A DNA stretch of 64,000 nucleotides from Patescibacteria group bacterium. GTDB taxonomy: Bacteria > Patescibacteriota > Microgenomatia > UBA12405. The first letter of the stretch is position 1, and every line of letters begins with the position of its first letter. The translations under genes and the position numbers were made by a program. Where the stretch lies: assembly GCA_050943115.1 (NCBI GenBank), contig JBMNON010000003.1:28565-92564 (forward strand), written 5' to 3'. A model generated the notes under the pieces. The model ran no database searches, was not told the origin of the DNA, and worked only from the letters and a program-made list of their open reading frames with translations. Shown one piece after another: positions 60,555 to 64,000 of the stretch.

Positions 60555-60939
60555 GTTTGGGTTTTGGTAAACTATTAACTCCGGACAGAATTAAGGCCTG
60601 TTTGATCAATCTCTCTTCTTGAGGTGTTAATTTATCGTCAATTTCTTTATCTTTGGTACTGACTTGGATCTTTTCGGTATAGTCGGAGTGGTGATTTTTC
60701 AGCCAGAAAATGATAGCCGTCAGGTTTTGCTCTTTAATGGCGGATAGAAGTTGGCTTTCGGCCAAATCGTTTATTAAAAGCGTGCCTTCCTGAAGGGCAA
60801 TACTGGCTTGTTTTTTAAACTCCTTGTCTTTCTGACACCATCGGTAGTAGGTGGCCCGACTGATACCTGATTTTTGGCAGGCAATTTGGATGATGGGGTT
60901 TATCCTTAACTGTTCGAGAATTGTTTTTTTATTTTTCAT
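60517..60939 (-). CDS. HTH protein, probable terminase small subunit
   Basis: N-terminal HTH IACQKSGISRATYYRWCQKDKEF, typical of TerS proteins. Immediately upstream of TerL with overlap. Confidence 0.5.
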   Translation of the reverse strand: MKNKKTILEQLRINPIIQIACQKSGISRATYYRWCQKDKEFKKQASIALQEGTLLINDLAESQLLSAIKEQNLTAIIFWLKNHHSDYTEKIQVSTKDKEIDDKLTPQEERLIKQALILSGVNSLPKPKHDQSKSGHQSDN

Positions 60940-62270
60940 AGTTGTTCTCCTTTGAGACCAGTTAAGTTTTCCCAGCGCTTTTTGATAACTTCGGCGTAGA
61001 CTGGTGATTTTTCCATGACATAACAGCGCCGTTTTAATTTAGTAGCAGCAATTAGCGTGCTACCGCTACCGCCAAATGGTTCGACTATTAAATCCCCTCT
61101 AAGAGTTAGGACTTTAATGTAGGGAATTAGGATTTCTACGGGTTTGGTGCCAAAAATTATGCCCTGACCCGAGCTCTTTTCATCTGAGGCTTTGAAGTCA
61201 ATAAAATCAGTCGGCTGATATTTCTTACCTTTCTGATACCCTTCCCAGTGAGGGTTGCCGGAGATGGCATAGAGCGCTGTCTCATATTCGTTTTGAAGAC
61301 CGTCAGTTTCTTTTGCCAAGTTAAAAGGAATGTCTTTGTTTGGGGATGCTCCAACCATGGCAATATCGTGTTTTGAAAAGAATTTGTGCTTAGCAGCATA
61401 GCCTTGGTTTCGGTTAGGAAGATGCCAAACGAGCATATTTTTTACTCGCCAATACTTTTCCATTTCACCCCAGATGATTCTGATGTTTTTCCAATTCTCA
61501 TAAACGATTATCGAAAAGTTTTCGTTTTGAATTTTGGCAATATTGGCCATCCACAACTCGGTAAAATTGTCTGGCAAAACATCGGTTTCCAAATAACGAC
61601 GGTTCTTTTTGGCACCAAAACCGACGGTCGGATTACCATGTCGTTGTTTTCCCTTAAGATAGTCCAAAACGTAAGGAGGGTCAGTTAGACAAAAATTTGC
61701 TTTCTCTTCATTCATTAATTTAATTACATCCACTTCAATCGTCGAATCTCCACACATGAGACGCGAATCTCCCAAATAATACACATCACCTCTTTGAAAT
61801 TTGATCTCATCAATCTTCAGTTTTTTTAGTTCTTTTTCGAGATTAAATATTTCGGTATTGGTATCGTCGATATCGAAAATGTTATCGAGTTCTTCGCTGT
61901 TAAAGCCAAGGTTTTGGAGAAAGTTTTCATCGAATTTGGCCAGCAAATCGTAGTCAAATTCACCTTGGTTTTTGTTTAATCGTAAGTTTAGTTCTTTTTC
62001 TCTTTCTACTTCCGGGATGTCTACATAGACAACCGGAATTTCTTTGTACCCCAACTGTCTGGCAACTTCAAGACGAAAGTGACCACCGATAACAATGTTT
62101 TTCCGACTCTCAGCACCGTTGACAATAATCGGGTCGACAAACCCGAAGCGCTTAATACTCTCCTTTAGCTGTTTAGTTTGCTCTTTACTCCACTTTCTGG
62201 GATTGTATTCGGAGGGGATTAAATCTGTAACTTTTACCAGGACCGTTTCTATTTTATTGGTGTTGACCAT
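60936..62270 (-). CDS. ParB-like nuclease domain / DNA methyltransferase fusion (N6-adenine or N4-cytosine, beta-class)
   Basis: N-terminal ParB/Srx motif (YNPRKW...GGHFRLEVARQLG). MTase motif IV CLTDPPY precedes motif I EPFGGSGST. Confidence 0.8.
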   Translation of the reverse strand: MVNTNKIETVLVKVTDLIPSEYNPRKWSKEQTKQLKESIKRFGFVDPIIVNGAESRKNIVIGGHFRLEVARQLGYKEIPVVYVDIPEVEREKELNLRLNKNQGEFDYDLLAKFDENFLQNLGFNSEELDNIFDIDDTNTEIFNLEKELKKLKIDEIKFQRGDVYYLGDSRLMCGDSTIEVDVIKLMNEEKANFCLTDPPYVLDYLKGKQRHGNPTVGFGAKKNRRYLETDVLPDNFTELWMANIAKIQNENFSIIVYENWKNIRIIWGEMEKYWRVKNMLVWHLPNRNQGYAAKHKFFSKHDIAMVGASPNKDIPFNLAKETDGLQNEYETALYAISGNPHWEGYQKGKKYQPTDFIDFKASDEKSSGQGIIFGTKPVEILIPYIKVLTLRGDLIVEPFGGSGSTLIAATKLKRRCYVMEKSPVYAEVIKKRWENLTGLKGEQL

Positions 62271-62561
62271 AAAAAAACTCCTTAAAGTAGTAATGTCCCG
62301 GCCCTGCGCCTGGATTGTCTCTACTTTCGGAGTTTGCAGGTCAAACGCCTAAATTCAATTTGACTGAATTGGTTAATTAAAACATAAATATTATCGGTCG
62401 TCAAATTGCTACATAATATAAAAAATTCGCTTCTTTTATACTTATGAATACCTATGAAGAATATTTTTTATAGTATACACTTTTTTATGCTTATCTTTAG
62501 GTTATTATTGATTATTTTAGCCATGTTTGATTTTTATTAACAAGCGATGTATATTGCTTTC

Positions 62562-64000
62562 ATGTCTGATTTAATTAACAAGCGACTGGAGGAAGTCAAT
62601 GACTTGCTTACTATTAGTCAAGTGGCGGACTTATTTAAAATCCATCCTGACACACTTCGAAATTGGGAAAGAAGTGGTGAGCTGGTTCCTCTTCGAGTCG
62701 GACCAAGAAAAGATAGACGGTACAGAAAAGAAGATATCGAAACGATAGTGGCTAAGATGGGAAGTAAACTGACGCTTCAACAATTGGAACAATTTCTTTG
62801 GAAATCAGCAGATATTTTAAGAGGCAAGATTGATAGTTCAGATTACAAGAAATATATTTTTGGGTTGTTGTTTTATAAAAGAATTAGCGACGTTTGGGAC
62901 GAAGAGTACAAAAGGGTAATGGATGAATATGGAGATAACATACTAGCTGAAGCCGATTATAATCATCGCTTCCAAGTACCCAATGATTGTAAATGGTCAG
63001 TAATTGCTGAAACCTCTGAAAACATAGGCAAAAGACTTAATGAAATTTTTGAAAAAATCACTAACGTAAATAGTCCTAAGCTAGATAAGATTTTTAATGA
63101 TCTGGATTTTGCCAACAAAGACAGATTCCCCAATGAGACGTTACAAAGACTAATCAATCATTTTTCTCAATATAACTTTGGAGGTAACTACATTAGCTCT
63201 GATCTTTTAGGAGATGCGTACGAATATTTAATAAAGCAGTTTGCAGCTGATGCAGGCAAAAAGGGTGGGGAGTTCTATAGTCCACGAGAAGTGGAAAGGA
63301 TGATAGTAGGGATTTTGAAGCCTCATCAAAAAGACCATATTCTCGACCCGACAGTTGGCTCAGGTGGATTTTTACTTGAAGCATACAACTATTTAAGAGA
63401 AAAGACAGACGAACAGGTCGCCCGAACGCTATACCTTTATGGGCAGGAACTAAATATAGGTACTTTTGCCATCGCCAAAATTAACATGTTCCTTCACGGG
63501 CTAGATAGTGCTGATATTCGCAGAGGCGACACACTGGCCAATCCTCAGTTCTTAAACAACATTGGTGAACTTCAGAAGTTTGATATTGTAGTGGCGAATC
63601 CCCCGTATTCAATAAAGGATTGGGAATTTGAGAATTTCAAAAGTGATAAATTTGGTAGGACTGATGGATATGACCAGCCACCACAGAAAAATGCCGACTT
63701 TGCCTTCTTACTTCATATTGTTAAGTCACTAAACTCAAACGGAAGAGCGGGGGTTATTTTGCCTCACGGAGTTTTGTTTAGAGGTGGTGCGGAAGGCCGA
63801 ATAAGAGAACAATTGATTAAGAATGATTTGATAGATGCCATTATTTCCCTACCTCCTAAGCTTTTTTATGGAACTGGAATACCTGTAGCCGTATGGATTC
63901 TAAATAACAACAAATCAAAAGAAAAGAAAGGTAAGATCTTAATAATTGATGCTTCAAAGGAATTTTCTGAAGGTAAAAACCAAAACACCCTAAGAAAACA
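62562..64000 (+). CDS. hsdM: Type I restriction-modification methyltransferase subunit HsdM with N-terminal excisionase/MerR-type HTH (C-terminus outside the window)
   Basis: Open frame from ATG 62562 to the window end. HTH ISQVADLFKIHPDTLRNWERSGELVP. HsdM N-domain FLWKSADILRG...YIFGLLFYKRISD. Catalytic ILDPTVGSGGFLLEA (motif I) and VANPPYS (motif IV). Confidence 0.8.
   Translation, partial: MSDLINKRLEEVNDLLTISQVADLFKIHPDTLRNWERSGELVPLRVGPRKDRRYRKEDIETIVAKMGSKLTLQQLEQFLWKSADILRGKIDSSDYKKYIFGLLFYKRISDVWDEEYKRVMDEYGDNILAEADYNHRFQVPNDCKWSVIAETSENIGKRLNEIFEKITNVNSPKLDKIFNDLDFANKDRFPNETLQRLINHFSQYNFGGNYISSDLLGDAYEYLIKQFAADAGKKGGEFYSPREVERMIVGILKPHQKDHILDPTVGSGGFLLEAYNYLREKTDEQVARTLYLYGQELNIGTFAIAKINMFLHGLDSADIRRGDTLANPQFLNNIGELQKFDIVVANPPYSIKDWEFENFKSDKFGRTDGYDQPPQKNADFAFLLHIVKSLNSNGRAGVILPHGVLFRGGAEGRIREQLIKNDLIDAIISLPPKLFYGTGIPVAVWILNNNKSKEKKGKILIIDASKEFSEGKNQNTLRK

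Larger units (their letters stand above)
56587..64000. mobile_element. integrative element / prophage remnant at the tRNA-Ser(GGA) 3' end (serine integrase, terminase, ParB-MTase, Type I R-M); right boundary not in window
   Basis: tRNA-adjacent large serine recombinase plus phage packaging genes and DNA methyltransferases. 470-bp structured noncoding region at the tRNA junction. Confidence 0.5.

Overview
This is a 64 kb chromosomal window from a low-GC (about 40%) bacterium with a small, streamlined gene set. The gene repertoire looks like Candidate Phyla Radiation / Patescibacteria, which is an inference from content, not a search.

Housekeeping content:
- A complete 16S rRNA gene on the minus strand, followed by its own terminator and then uppS. 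It is not linked to a 23S gene.
- recF.
- The groES-groEL operon with a perfect CIRCE operator upstream. clpB carries a second, CIRCE-like element.
- Enolase.
- A central-carbon gene block of rpiB, pgk, gap, rpe and a LOG-family gene.
- A sugar-phosphate block: PfkB-family kinase, class II fructose-bisphosphate aldolase, and transketolase split into separate N- and C-terminal subunit genes.
- Two tandem class A penicillin-binding proteins.
- An envelope-glycan cluster: a WecA/MraY-family phosphotransferase, a GT-C (GT39/83-like) glycosyltransferase and a GT2-like membrane glycosyltransferase.
- A nucleoside-salvage neighbourhood: a DNPH1/Rcl-like hydrolase and cytidine deaminase.
- Nine tRNA genes.

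Accessory content:
- Two adjacent paralogous secreted proteins share a VirB2/TrbC-pilin-like C-terminal two-helix membrane domain.
- A short GC-rich (about 52%) islet at 49.9-50.8 kb sits between an XRE regulator and clpB. It encodes a 4-TM protein and a small membrane-anchored cysteine-rich protein, and it is flanked by a 3' tRNA-like fragment.
- A four-gene cargo block (SAM methyltransferase, second nucleoside 2-deoxyribosyltransferase-like protein, GT2, NUDIX) lies between tRNA-Arg and tRNA-Ser.
- A mobile region starts at the tRNA-Ser(GGA) 3' end at 56.6 kb. It contains a large serine recombinase, a terminase large subunit, a TerS-like HTH protein, a ParB-like nuclease-DNA methyltransferase fusion and a Type I R-M HsdM. 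The HsdM has an N-terminal excisionase/MerR-type HTH and runs off the window end.

No CRISPR array was seen.
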